Notes: generated by a model from the sequence alone, not told the origin. Numbered from the stretch's first letter, positions 48,265-57,705 are shown. The stretch: 58,198 nucleotides of DNA from Candidatus Harrisonbacteria bacterium (GCA_023244855.1 JAHFLO010000003.1:1-58198); one strand, 5' to 3'. Program-made: numbers and translations.

Positions 48265-49699
48265 GACTTCCTTTTTCGAAATATTCCGCTTCCCCGCCGA
48301 CGGCTTCTATGTCTTCGCGCACGCCTGTAATGACGCTCCGTGCCGCCATAATGCCCATTTCGAGCGAGTGGTCTTGGTTGTTATAGCGGAACCTGCCGGG
48401 GCGGCCGATGTAATACAGGTTTTCGAAGCGGTCTAAATAGGCTTTTACTGCATCTACATATGTTTTGTATTCGGTGTCGTAGATTGGGTAGACCTTTTTT
48501 TGGCGTATGAGGTAGCTCTGCCGTACTTCGCTCCGTTTGCAGAAGCCGAGGGGTTCGAGGTGCTTCATCGCCATTTCGAGCAGTTCTTCTTTCGTTGCGT
48601 TCCAGACGGCGTCCCCCTCGAAGCAGAAAAATTCCAAAAAGAGCGACGTTTTTCCGTGTGGACTCATTTTTTGGCTGAAATTATTCATCTCCGTAATCCT
48701 GCCGAAGGGAATATGTTTTTCGGGGAAATAGATCCATTGGTCTCGCGTAATGCGTTCCTTATCGAGGGTGATGAAGAGATATACTTGGTCGCGGTAGCGC
48801 ATTTTTTCCGCGGCCGCCATAATTGCCGCGGGCGGGGCAGGGTCGAGCAATTTTAAAAATTCCTTCGGGGGGATGCTTTCAATGAGCGTCTTTGGGGTTA
48901 TTTCTTTTAGCGCTCCTTTTACGGATACCGTAAGTCCCGTTATGCGGTTGTTATGGTGGCGTATGCGCACCGGATAGCTTTCGAGCTCTACGGGATCGCC
49001 CGCATCCGCAATCTTTTTCGCGATGGTTTCATAAATAAGCCCCGTGCCGTATTCAGGGTAATAGAAGCTATCGACGAGCGTGCGGAGCCCTTTCGTGCGG
49101 AAAAGGCCGAGCGTTCGTTCTACGGCGGCTTTGATAAGGAATCCAACAGACAGTCCTTTGATGCGTTGTGTCGCCCAGTCGGTATGTATGGTGTTCGCTT
49201 TCACACCCCAGATCTTTTCTGTGTAGTTGATCATGTTGAACTCGGCGAGCGTCCGGCCGAAGTGCGCGACGACGTGATCTTCGAAATGGCGGATGGGTTT
49301 TTTAAAGAGCCCGTAGCGGATTTGCGCTATGGAGTAATCCGCCACCATGCGCACGGCTTTGCGCGGCCCAATGTTAGCGAGTGCTTGCGCGGGGTTGATG
49401 GGGTAGTCGTAGAATTTACCCGCGATGAATTGCCGCGTTTGACGTTTAACTTCTATCCAGTTTTCCTTTATAAGTCCCTCGATAAAGCCATACAGATAGG
49501 GGTTCTTCGAAAAGAAGCGGTGCGGGCCGTTGTCCGTGCGGAACGTAAGTCCATCCGGCTCCGTAAACGAATACGTTTTAGCGAGGCCGCCGACGCGGCT
49601 AGACTTTTCATAGAGCGTAAATTTCTTTCCGGCGCGGGAAAGCTCCATCGCGGCAGCGAGCCCCGCGGGACCGGCACCCAGAATGCACGTTTCTTCCAT
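48242..49699 (-). CDS. FAD-dependent oxidoreductase (HemY-like/UDP-galactopyranose mutase-like family)
   Basis: GAGPAG, VGGL, DNGPHRFFSK and GRPGRFRYNNQDHS motifs. Confidence 0.85.
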   Translation of the reverse strand: MEETCILGAGPAGLAAAMELSRAGKKFTLYEKSSRVGGLAKTYSFTEPDGLTFRTDNGPHRFFSKNPYLYGFIEGLIKENWIEVKRQTRQFIAGKFYDYPINPAQALANIGPRKAVRMVADYSIAQIRYGLFKKPIRHFEDHVVAHFGRTLAEFNMINYTEKIWGVKANTIHTDWATQRIKGLSVGFLIKAAVERTLGLFRTKGLRTLVDSFYYPEYGTGLIYETIAKKIADAGDPVELESYPVRIRHHNNRITGLTVSVKGALKEITPKTLIESIPPKEFLKLLDPAPPAAIMAAAEKMRYRDQVYLFITLDKERITRDQWIYFPEKHIPFGRITEMNNFSQKMSPHGKTSLFLEFFCFEGDAVWNATKEELLEMAMKHLEPLGFCKRSEVRQSYLIRQKKVYPIYDTEYKTYVDAVKAYLDRFENLYYIGRPGRFRYNNQDHSLEMGIMAARSVITGVREDIEAVGGEAEYFEKGSHGRTPTA

Positions 49700-49726
49700 C
49701 CGCTCATCGTACCGGCATTATGGAAT

Positions 49727-49759
49727 AAAAAAAAGACGTCCCTCTGTGGGACGCTTTTT
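49727..49759 (-). terminator. Terminator after rplK
   Basis: cgtccc/gggacg stem flanked by A and T tracts. Confidence 0.7.
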
Positions 49760-49776
49760 CTCGTAATGGGTATTTT

Positions 49777-50202
49777 TTACCCTTCTATTTTGATACCCAT
49801 GTTCTTCGCGGTGCCTTCGATCATGCGGCCGGCCGCGGGGATGTCGTAGACGTTCAAGTCCGGCAACTTCCGTTCCGCAATCGCGTTTACGTGCGCGCGG
49901 GTTACTTTACCGACGATCTTCTTCGCACCTTCGGCGGAGCCCTTTTCAATGCCGGCGTATTTCTTTAAAAGCGCGGCCACCGGCGGGGTCTTTAGCTTGA
50001 ACTCGAAGCTGCGGTCTTCGAAGACCGTGATTTCCGCAGGGACGACGTCTCCCATCATATCCTTCGTCGCTTCGTTGAAGCGCTTACAGAAGTCTTGGAT
50101 ATTTACGCCGTGCTGGCCGAGCGCGGGGCCGACGGGCGGCGTCGGCAGGGCCTTGCCGGCTTCGATCTGTAATTTTAATACTGTCTTAATAGGCTTTGCC
50201 AT
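49777..50202 (-). CDS. rplK: 50S ribosomal protein uL11
   Basis: [21 protein letters not shown] and GTAKNMG motifs. Confidence 0.98.
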   Translation of the reverse strand: MAKPIKTVLKLQIEAGKALPTPPVGPALGQHGVNIQDFCKRFNEATKDMMGDVVPAEITVFEDRSFEFKLKTPPVAALLKKYAGIEKGSAEGAKKIVGKVTRAHVNAIAERKLPDLNVYDIPAAGRMIEGTAKNMGIKIEG

Positions 50203-50214
50203 ATATTTGTTATT

Positions 50215-50778
50215 TTAGAGTTTCTGTATCTGCAACGAATCGAGTTCGACCATCGTGTCCCTGCCGAAGATTGGCGCGAGGACCTTCACTTTACCCTTCG
50301 CCTCGTCCACTTCCGAGACCTTCGCCTCGTAGTCCTTGAAAGGGCCGTCGGTTATTTTAACCATATCGCCAGGGCGGACGTCAATCGCGAAGCTTGTCTT
50401 TGTATCCCCCATGCGCGCCATCAACACGTCTATTTCATCCTTCGAAAGCGGCGTCGGCTGGGTGCTGTCTGCGCCCACGAAGCCTGTTACGCGGGGCGTA
50501 TTACGCACCAAGTACCACGAGTCGTCGGTAAGTACCATGTCTACGAGTACGTACCCGGGGTAGATCTTTTCTTCAATCTCGCGGCGCTTGCCGTTCTTAA
50601 TCTTAATTAATTTTTCTTTCGGCACGAGCACGTCGAAAATCTTATCGTCCATGCCTAAGGACTCCACGCGTTGCTTCACGTAGCGCACCACGGCGTCTTC
50701 ATAGCCGGAGTAGGTACGGATGGCATACCAGTGGCGGCCTTCGCCTTTCTGCTTCTTAGATTGGGTTATCGGCATCAT
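50215..50778 (-). CDS. nusG: Transcription factor NusG
   Basis: WYAIRTYSGYE, YPGYVLV and VRNTPRVTGF motifs plus KOW GPF. Confidence 0.97.
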   Translation of the reverse strand: MMPITQSKKQKGEGRHWYAIRTYSGYEDAVVRYVKQRVESLGMDDKIFDVLVPKEKLIKIKNGKRREIEEKIYPGYVLVDMVLTDDSWYLVRNTPRVTGFVGADSTQPTPLSKDEIDVLMARMGDTKTSFAIDVRPGDMVKITDGPFKDYEAKVSEVDEAKGKVKVLAPIFGRDTMVELDSLQIQKL

Positions 50779-50782
50779 ATGG

Positions 50783-50968
50783 TTATTGGAGCAAATAGTT
50801 GTTCAAGGCGTAGAGAAGCGCGTAGTCGACGGCGCCGAGGAAGGCGGCGATGCCGATAGAAAGCACGACAACTACGGCCGTCATGCGGATGGTTTCTTGC
50901 GCTGTCGGCCAGTTGATTTTGCTAAATTCGGCGCGCGCTTCGGTGAAGAAGGATGTAAGGCGGTTCAT
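50783..50968 (-). CDS. secE: Preprotein translocase subunit SecE
   Basis: EFSKINWPT plus single TM; upstream of nusG. Confidence 0.95.
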   Translation of the reverse strand: MNRLTSFFTEARAEFSKINWPTAQETIRMTAVVVVLSIGIAAFLGAVDYALLYALNNYLLQ

Positions 50969-51012
50969 TGGGTTCTATAATACCAAGTTCGGGTAAAAAG
51001 TGCAATAAGCCT

Positions 51013-52947
51013 CTAAGTATCGATGTTTTTGACGGATAAGGCGTGGGTTTGGATGAAGTGCTTACGGGGCTCTACTTCCGAACCCATTAAGATATCGAAG
51101 AGTTTATTGGCGTCTTCGGCGTCCGCTACCGTTACCTGCTGGAGAATACGGTTTGCAGGGTCCATGGTCGTTTCCCATAGCTGTTCGGGGTTCATTTCAC
51201 CGAGACCTTTGTAGCGCTGGACGTTCGCCTCCGGCATGGTCTTTAAGATGCGGTCTTTGTCTGCGTCGTCGTAGGCGTACTGCACGGTCTTACCCTTGTT
51301 GATCTTGTAGAGCGGCGGCTGAGCGATGTAGATGTAGCCACCTGCTATTAAGGGTTCGAAGTGGCGGTAAAAAAGCGTAAGGAGGAGCGTCCTGATGTGC
51401 GCGCCGTCAACGTCGGCGTCTGTCATGATGACGATCTTATGGTAGCGGAGCTTAGAAAGGTCGAAGGATTCGGCAATGGCGGTGCCAAGGGCGATTACAA
51501 GGAACTTAATTTCTTGGAACGCGATGATCTTGTCCATGCGCGCCTTTTCAACGTTTAAAATCTTTCCACGGAGTGGAAGTATCGCCTGCGTGCGGCGGTC
51601 GCGGCCCATCTTGGCCGAGCCGCCCGCAGAGTCTCCCTCAACGATGAAGAGTTCGGATTCTGCCGGATGTTTACTCGAGCAGTCCGCGAGCTTACCCGGG
51701 AGCGTAAGGCCTTCGAGTACGCCTTTGCGGAGCACAGTGTCTTTTGCGGCTTTTGCAGCTTTACGGGCTTTTGCAATAAGGAGACAGCGCGCGACGATCT
51801 TTTTAGCATCGTCGTCATTACGCTCCAAAAAGTCCTTAAAGGCTTCGGCTACGACGGTTTCCACCGCTGCGCGGGCTTCGGTGGTGCCGAGCTTGGATTT
51901 CGTTTGGCCTTCAAACTGCGGTTCGGGGAGTTTTACGGAAATTATGGAAACGAGGCCGTCGCGTACGTCGTCGCCTGTAAGGTTTTCATCCGCGGACTTA
52001 ATAGCGTTCTTCGCGCGGGCAACGTCGTTAACCACGCGGGTGATCGCGGAGCGGAAGCCCGTGACGTGCGTACCGCCTTCGGGCGTGTGAATGTTATTGG
52101 CGAAGCTAAGCTCTTTCGTATCGAGCGTATTCGTATACGTACAGGCGACTTCTACGCTGATAGGGCCGACGGCTTTTTCAACATAAAACTGTTCGGACTG
52201 GAGCGGGGTCGGTTCGTCTGTAAGGCTCTTAATGAAGGATTTGAGCCCCCCGTCGAAGTAGAAGTTGTAATAGACGGGCGCATCCTCTTTGCGGGTATCG
52301 GAAATTTCTATATTAATCCCCTTCGTGAGGTACGCCTGCTGGCGTACGTAGTGGAGGATCTTATGTAGGTCGTATTCGGTAACAGGAAAGATTGTGGAGT
52401 CGGCGCGGAAGAGCACACGCGTGCCGGTAGCGCCCCAAAACGGCGCTTTGGAAGAGCTGCCGACTTTCTTTATTTTCGTTTTCGGGATACCGCACGAATA
52501 TTCTTGTTCGTAGAGCGACCCCTCGCGCGAAACCTGTACGACGCACTTCGTAGACAGGGCGTTTACGACGGAGACGCCCACGCCGTGGAGGCCGCCGGAT
52601 ACTTTGTACGACTCGCCGCCGAACTTACCGCCGGCGTGGAGCTTCGTTAAAACGGTTTCCAAGGCGGATACACCTGTTTGTGCGTGCACTTCTACGGGGA
52701 TACCGCGGCCGTCGTCCTTAATGGCGATGGTGTCGTCTGGCAGGATCTCCATCACGATATTTTTGGCGTGCCCCGCCATTGCTTCGTCGATGGAGTTGTT
52801 TAAAACCTCCCACACTAAGTGGTGTAGGCCGTCGACTCCCGTGGAGCCGATATACATGCCGGGGCGCTTACGTACCGGATCAAGCCCTTCGAGAACGAAG
52901 ATATCCTTAGCCCCGTACGATGGTTTTTTCGCCTTATCTTCTGCCAT
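51013..52947 (-). CDS. gyrB: DNA gyrase subunit B
   Basis: VRKRPGMYIG, DDGRGIP, GGLHGVG, EGDSAGG, DADVDG and RYKGLGEM motifs. Confidence 0.95.
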   Translation of the reverse strand: MAEDKAKKPSYGAKDIFVLEGLDPVRKRPGMYIGSTGVDGLHHLVWEVLNNSIDEAMAGHAKNIVMEILPDDTIAIKDDGRGIPVEVHAQTGVSALETVLTKLHAGGKFGGESYKVSGGLHGVGVSVVNALSTKCVVQVSREGSLYEQEYSCGIPKTKIKKVGSSSKAPFWGATGTRVLFRADSTIFPVTEYDLHKILHYVRQQAYLTKGINIEISDTRKEDAPVYYNFYFDGGLKSFIKSLTDEPTPLQSEQFYVEKAVGPISVEVACTYTNTLDTKELSFANNIHTPEGGTHVTGFRSAITRVVNDVARAKNAIKSADENLTGDDVRDGLVSIISVKLPEPQFEGQTKSKLGTTEARAAVETVVAEAFKDFLERNDDDAKKIVARCLLIAKARKAAKAAKDTVLRKGVLEGLTLPGKLADCSSKHPAESELFIVEGDSAGGSAKMGRDRRTQAILPLRGKILNVEKARMDKIIAFQEIKFLVIALGTAIAESFDLSKLRYHKIVIMTDADVDGAHIRTLLLTLFYRHFEPLIAGGYIYIAQPPLYKINKGKTVQYAYDDADKDRILKTMPEANVQRYKGLGEMNPEQLWETTMDPANRILQQVTVADAEDANKLFDILMGSEVEPRKHFIQTHALSVKNIDT

Positions 52948-52975
52948 GTTTCAGTACCTTAGTATACCTTAAAAA

Positions 52976-54889
52976 TCACCTTATTTCAAACAAGAGCTTT
53001 TCTTTCATGGCGTCCATAATATAGCTTAAGAAAGAATCTGCTTCGGCGTCGGTAAGGGTGCGGTCATTCGATTGGAAAATGAAGCGGAGGGTGGCGCTTT
53101 TCTTGCCTTCGGGCATGCCTTTGCCTTCGTAGAGGCTTATGAAGCGGATATCCGTGAGATCTTTCGGGACGTCGTGCCAAGCGGCGTCCATTATCGTGCC
53201 AATCTTTACATTTTTAGCGACCATGAACGAAACGTCGCGCACGATGGATGGGTATTTGGGTATTGGCGTATAGTGCGGCAGCGGCGAGACGTGCGGCAAC
53301 AGTTTCGTAAGCGATAGTTCGGCGTAGGCGCTCACGTGACCTATTTCAAGGCGGATTATCTTCCCTACTACCTCGCCCTTAACGGCAATTACAAGCGTTT
53401 TATTTTCTTCGGCAAATAGCGCGTCCCCTACACCAAGACGTGTAAATATGGTTTCTACGATGCCGCGTACGGCGCGGAACGCCTCTTCGTCTTTCATTCC
53501 CTTGCTTGCGAGCGCTATACCGCATAGGACTTCTTCTGCCGGCTCGTGATTGGTCTTTTTATGGAAGGCGGAGCCGATTTCGAAAAGTGCGGCCGCCTCG
53601 AAGGATTTCAAATTAAGCGTGATGGCGTTTTCCGCTCCTTCCATAAGGCTGGGGCGGAGGAAGGCTTGTTCGGATGTTAAGGAGTTTTCTAAAGCGACTT
53701 CACCCTCGGCCGAAAAGGAGCGGGTGAGGATTTCGGTAAAACCTAACGGGACAAGCATGTCCTGCAACGAGTCTTTCAGCCGGCGCATGGGTTGTGTTGC
53801 TGCCGCCGTTACCGTGATGCGGGGCGGCGTGGCGAGCAGGTCGGCATACCCTTGTAAGCGGGTAATTTCCTCAACGATGTCTTCGAAGTGGGTGATATCC
53901 GTGCGTTCGACGGGCGGCGTTACTTTTTTACCCACTACTAGAAAGCCAAGGCGCTTCAAGTTTGCAAGACAGTCTGCTTCCGTGAAGGTAAATCCCGTAA
54001 GTGCATTAAAGCGTTTACTATCGAAGGTCATTGCTACGGGCTTTACGGGTTTTGGGTAGGTGTCGCACACGGCGCCAGCCTTACCGCCGCAGATTTCAGC
54101 TATCAGTTCGAGCGCGCGCAAGATGCCGCGCTCGGCAAGCGCAGGGCTTATGTTATGCGAAAAGCGTATAGAGGCGTCCGTTGTAATGCCTACGCGTTTG
54201 GATGTTTTGTAGATTAGCGTGCCGTCGAAGTTGCCGGCGGTAAGTACGATGTTTTTGATTTTCGTCGTAATCTCCGCACGCGTACCACCTTTAATACCCG
54301 CGATATCGAGTGCATTGCGTGCATCGGAAAGTACTAACGCGCTCGGGTTTAGCTTTAATTCTTTTCCATCAAGCGTCGTTACTATCTCCCCTTCGTGCGC
54401 CTGCCGCGCCACGAGTTCATTGCCTTCCATTTTGTCTGCATCGAATGCATGGAGTGGTTGACCGGTTTCTATCGTGACGTAGTTCGTGATATCAACGAGG
54501 CCGTTGATGGAGCGGATGCCGTAGGCTTCGAGCGCTTCTTTCATCCATACAGGCGTACTGCCGAGGGAAATGCCTTCCACGCGGCACGCGATAAGGCGGC
54601 GGCAGAGATTCGGTACTTCGATTGCCGGCTGTATTTTATTCTTATGTGTCGCTTTCGGTGCGACGAGCTTTGGTTCTTTGTACGGCAGTTTACAGATAGC
54701 GCTCACTTCGCGGGCGAGGCCGCGATAGCAAGCGGCATCTGAATACCTATTGGGCAGGATCTTTACGTCGAGGACGTCGTTTTCGCACGATTCTATTTCG
54801 AAAAGATGCGCGGTAATTTTTTCTGCCACGATTTCTATCGCGGGGAGTTCGGGAATAAGGCGTTCGAGGGTTTTATAATTAAACTTCAT
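52976..54889 (-). CDS. pheT: Phenylalanine--tRNA ligase beta subunit (short form)
   Basis: LPNR, VDITNYV, GQPLHAFD, EDIVEE and LRPSL motifs, FDX-ACB; OB-fold insert absent. Confidence 0.95.
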   Translation of the reverse strand: MKFNYKTLERLIPELPAIEIVAEKITAHLFEIESCENDVLDVKILPNRYSDAACYRGLAREVSAICKLPYKEPKLVAPKATHKNKIQPAIEVPNLCRRLIACRVEGISLGSTPVWMKEALEAYGIRSINGLVDITNYVTIETGQPLHAFDADKMEGNELVARQAHEGEIVTTLDGKELKLNPSALVLSDARNALDIAGIKGGTRAEITTKIKNIVLTAGNFDGTLIYKTSKRVGITTDASIRFSHNISPALAERGILRALELIAEICGGKAGAVCDTYPKPVKPVAMTFDSKRFNALTGFTFTEADCLANLKRLGFLVVGKKVTPPVERTDITHFEDIVEEITRLQGYADLLATPPRITVTAAATQPMRRLKDSLQDMLVPLGFTEILTRSFSAEGEVALENSLTSEQAFLRPSLMEGAENAITLNLKSFEAAALFEIGSAFHKKTNHEPAEEVLCGIALASKGMKDEEAFRAVRGIVETIFTRLGVGDALFAEENKTLVIAVKGEVVGKIIRLEIGHVSAYAELSLTKLLPHVSPLPHYTPIPKYPSIVRDVSFMVAKNVKIGTIMDAAWHDVPKDLTDIRFISLYEGKGMPEGKKSATLRFIFQSNDRTLTDAEADSFLSYIMDAMKEKLLFEIR

Positions 54890-54894
54890 GGGAA

Positions 54895-55866
54895 TTAAAA
54901 CTGATTATTGAAGCGCAAATCAGCGCCGTAAAAGAGACGAATATCCGTAATACCGTATTTAATCATCGCGAAGCGGTCGAGCCCTCCGCCGAAGGCGAAG
55001 CCGCTTATTTTTGCAGGGTCGTAGCCAACGCCCTCGAGTACCGCAGGGTGCACCATGCCACCACCCATCACTTCGAGCCATTTCCCGTTTTCCATCCGAA
55101 TATCTATTTCAACGCTTGGTTCAGTGAACGGAAAGTAGCTGGGGCGGAAGCGCACGTCTACCGCGCGCTCAAAAAACCGTTCGCAAAAACCTGTTATTAC
55201 GCCTTTAAGGTTTGCTAGGGATATACCCTCCCCCACCATTAGCCCTTCGAATTGGTAGAAGTTAATTTCGTGCGAGGCGTCCGTCGCCTCGTTGCGGAAC
55301 ACGCGCCCCGGCACGATTATTTGGAACGGCGGTAAGTGCTTTTCCATATGGCGTACCTGCATGGGCGAGGTATGCGTACGCATTAATGTCCCCTTATCGG
55401 TTGAAACCCATAAGGTATCTTGCATATCGCGTGCCGGATGGTTCTTCGGGATATTCAAACTATCAAAGTTATATTTTTCGGTTTCGAGTTCCGGCCCCTC
55501 GACTACAGAGAAGTTCATAGACGAGAAAATCGTGCGGATACTGCGTTCCACGAGCGTTAAGGGGTGCAGGCGGCCATACACGGGGCGGATCGCGGGCATT
55601 GTCACGTCGAACGCTGCGGCTTCATTACTCCCTGCTATGTATTTTTCGCGGCGGGCGTACGCTTCTTCGAGTAGCCTCTTCGTTGCTTGGGCCGCGGGCG
55701 CTACGGTCTTTTTTTCGGCAAGCGGGAGTTCGCCGATGGAGCGCATAAAAACGTTCAGGCGACTCTTGCGGCCGAGGTATGTAGCGTGCCACGCGTCGAG
55801 CGCCGCAATGTCCTTGGTTTTTTCAAGGGCGTCCAGTGCCTCGCGCTCTAATCCGGCGATATCCAT
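54895..55866 (-). CDS. pheS: Phenylalanine--tRNA ligase alpha subunit
   Basis: HPARDMQDT, RTHTSPMQ, FRPSYFPFTEPS and GFAFG motifs. Confidence 0.98.
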   Translation of the reverse strand: MDIAGLEREALDALEKTKDIAALDAWHATYLGRKSRLNVFMRSIGELPLAEKKTVAPAAQATKRLLEEAYARREKYIAGSNEAAAFDVTMPAIRPVYGRLHPLTLVERSIRTIFSSMNFSVVEGPELETEKYNFDSLNIPKNHPARDMQDTLWVSTDKGTLMRTHTSPMQVRHMEKHLPPFQIIVPGRVFRNEATDASHEINFYQFEGLMVGEGISLANLKGVITGFCERFFERAVDVRFRPSYFPFTEPSVEIDIRMENGKWLEVMGGGMVHPAVLEGVGYDPAKISGFAFGGGLDRFAMIKYGITDIRLFYGADLRFNNQF

Positions 55867-55894
55867 ATAATAGTAAAGATAAAGGACGGCGTAT

Positions 55895-55945
55895 AAAAAA
55901 AGAAGCCCTCCCTAGATACCATGTGGTATTCCTAGGTGGGCTTCT
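55895..55945 (-). terminator. Intrinsic terminator
   Basis: agaagccc...ctag.atacc-atgt-ggtat..ctag...gggcttct long stem plus U-tract. Confidence 0.75.
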
Positions 55946-55960
55946 CGGCTGGGATGACGA

Positions 55961-56815
55961 TTATTTCTGTCTCTTCGTGCCGAAGGATTCGGGTTGGCAT
56001 AGTGCCTTTCCCAAATCGTCCGTGCAGCAGGAGTACCACGCAAAGGATTCGCCATTCCTTTGTATTTCATGTACTTTGCCGCAATTACACTTGAGGTGGG
56101 TCGCTCCCGCCTGCGGAGTGATTTTTACCCGTAGTTCGGGCAGTGGCGGCTTCGGTATCAGATTCGGAAGGATTTCCCCTTTCGGCTCCGGCGAAGTTTC
56201 AGGAACGGGTTCTACGGGTGCGGGCGGAAGGTATGTTCTCGGAACCTTCATTGGAGGAGATTTCCATGGTACGTCTTCCGGCGGAACGAACGTCCGCTCA
56301 GGTACCGCCATACCATCAAGTTTTTCTTTCGCGGCTTTCGCGGCGTCGCGGGCTTCTTCCGCAAGCGCAGTACTGCGCCTAACCTCTTCCGTAAGGTTTT
56401 TTTGGCCTTCAACGAGCTCTTCCCTGAGCTTGTCTTGGGCATCGGTATTCTTGTCTATACTACGGGCAATAACCCTCAGCGAAGAAAGAACCTCCTTCCA
56501 TTCACTGTCCTCTTTCTCTTTATCGGTTTTCTTCGGCCGAGGGAGGGCGGCATTCGAGGTTTCGAATTGCCATTTGACCTTTGTACCGCTCGTTGCCGAG
56601 CCGACGAAGAGAAATGGCAACATCAGCACCCACAGGGCGATAGAGAGCCATTTAGACACACTCGGAAAAATGTCATTGGCGATACATCCCGTAAAGATGC
56701 TGCCAATGAGCATCAGGATGCCGAGCTTGGCGCTCGTCGTCAGGGTAACGACGAATGCGGTAATCGCCAAGATCACAGCGGCTGCATTCAGTACGTGCTT
56801 CCAATTCTTACTCAT
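55961..56815 (-). CDS. Hypothetical membrane protein (3 TM, coiled coil, Pro-rich, Cys-rich tail)
   Basis: 284-aa ORF with SD AGGAG, own promoter and terminator. Confidence 0.75.
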   Translation of the reverse strand: MSKNWKHVLNAAAVILAITAFVVTLTTSAKLGILMLIGSIFTGCIANDIFPSVSKWLSIALWVLMLPFLFVGSATSGTKVKWQFETSNAALPRPKKTDKEKEDSEWKEVLSSLRVIARSIDKNTDAQDKLREELVEGQKNLTEEVRRSTALAEEARDAAKAAKEKLDGMAVPERTFVPPEDVPWKSPPMKVPRTYLPPAPVEPVPETSPEPKGEILPNLIPKPPLPELRVKITPQAGATHLKCNCGKVHEIQRNGESFAWYSCCTDDLGKALCQPESFGTKRQK

Positions 56816-56910
56816 GGAACTGAACTCCTAGAAAAGGTGTGAAAGACGTGGAAACCACGTCCAGTAAATCGTCATTTCAAGCATCCGGAACATCCAGATT
56901 CGCTGGCGTT

Positions 56911-56939
56911 ATTATACTACTAAATTAGTATTTCGTCAA
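56911..56939 (-). promoter_or_regulatory. sigma70-type promoter
   Basis: TTGACG-N17-TATAAT. Confidence 0.8.
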
Positions 56940-56957
56940 TAGCTCGCGTGGATAACT

Positions 56958-56984
56958 AAAAAAGCCCCATTTTTAGGGGCTTTT
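56958..56984 (-). terminator. Intrinsic terminator
   Basis: aaaagcccc/ggggctttt. Confidence 0.75.
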
Positions 56985-57003
56985 CAGGGGTATTTCAGGG
57001 CTT

Positions 57004-57441
57004 TTAGAGTTGGTTGTCCATGCCGAGCGAGCCGTTGTCGTCTTTTGTCGCTTTTGGGCTGCAAATCTTCCTGTCCGCCTCAAATTTAGTCCATGCTGCC
57101 TTATGCGCGGCTTTCATCGCCCCGCGGGCGGACTTTGCCGAATTTTTGTAGGCGTCCCATGCTGCTTTCGTGGCTGCGCGACGCGTCTTTGCGTCTGTCT
57201 GCGTCCATGCCGCTTTGAGCGACGCTTGGCGCGTTTGGAGTGCGGTTTTTATTGCCGGATATTGTACGTCCCATGCCGCAATAATGGCGTTGTCGCGCAC
57301 GTCTACTGCCGTTTGCATGCACGAAAGCGCGGTGGCGCTCAGTGCCGCGTTATTTCCTTTTTCTTGCGCTGCCGCAGGCAGAGCTGCAAAAACAACCGAA
57401 ACCGCACCGAACGTTACTGCTAATTTAGTAAATGTATTCAT
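57004..57441 (-). CDS. Secreted Ala/Lys-rich helical hypothetical protein
   Basis: Signal peptide (AAA|Q), repeated (K/I)AAW helices and two Cys; start moved to ATG 57441. Confidence 0.8.
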   Translation of the reverse strand: MNTFTKLAVTFGAVSVVFAALPAAAQEKGNNAALSATALSCMQTAVDVRDNAIIAAWDVQYPAIKTALQTRQASLKAAWTQTDAKTRRAATKAAWDAYKNSAKSARGAMKAAHKAAWTKFEADRKICSPKATKDDNGSLGMDNQL

Positions 57442-57478
57442 ATGTCTTAATATACTATTCGGCGATATGAGTTGCAAT

Positions 57479-57520
57479 AAAAAAAGTCCGCAGCGCCCTA
57501 GTGGCACGCTGCGGATTTTT
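57479..57520 (-). terminator. Intrinsic terminator
   Basis: aaaaagtccgcagcg / cgctgcggattttt. Confidence 0.8.
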
Positions 57521-57543
57521 GGTGTGGCTGGAGAGGGTGGAAA

Positions 57544-57705
57544 TTACTCCTCTCGTCGCATGTCTTCGACTCGCCTTTCATGATGATTTCGAAGAGCTGG
57601 TTCTTGTTGAGTGTTTTCACAGGTTAGATCGGGCGAATGATGATCTCCCCACTCTAAATCGCCTGGCTGAACCGAATCCCCAAATCGTTCGTATAAAGGC
57701 AACAT
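57544..57705 (-). CDS. Small hypothetical protein (53 aa; absent from ORF track)
   Basis: SD GGAGG before ATG, TTGACT-N17-TATATT promoter upstream and terminator downstream; MLPLYERFGDSVQPGDLEWGDHHSPD...RREE. Confidence 0.6.
   Translation of the reverse strand: MLPLYERFGDSVQPGDLEWGDHHSPDLTCENTQQEPALRNHHERRVEDMRREE

Noticed and set aside
48953..49849. 298-aa plus-strand ORF
   Set aside because: Antisense to the FAD oxidoreductase and rplK; no motifs
51476..52368. 204- and 233-aa plus-strand ORFs
   Set aside because: Antisense shadows of gyrB
55836..56831. 331-aa plus-strand ORF
   Set aside because: Antisense shadow of 55961-56815, which has the SD, promoter and terminator; the Ser/Gly/Phe-rich composition is typical of a reverse frame
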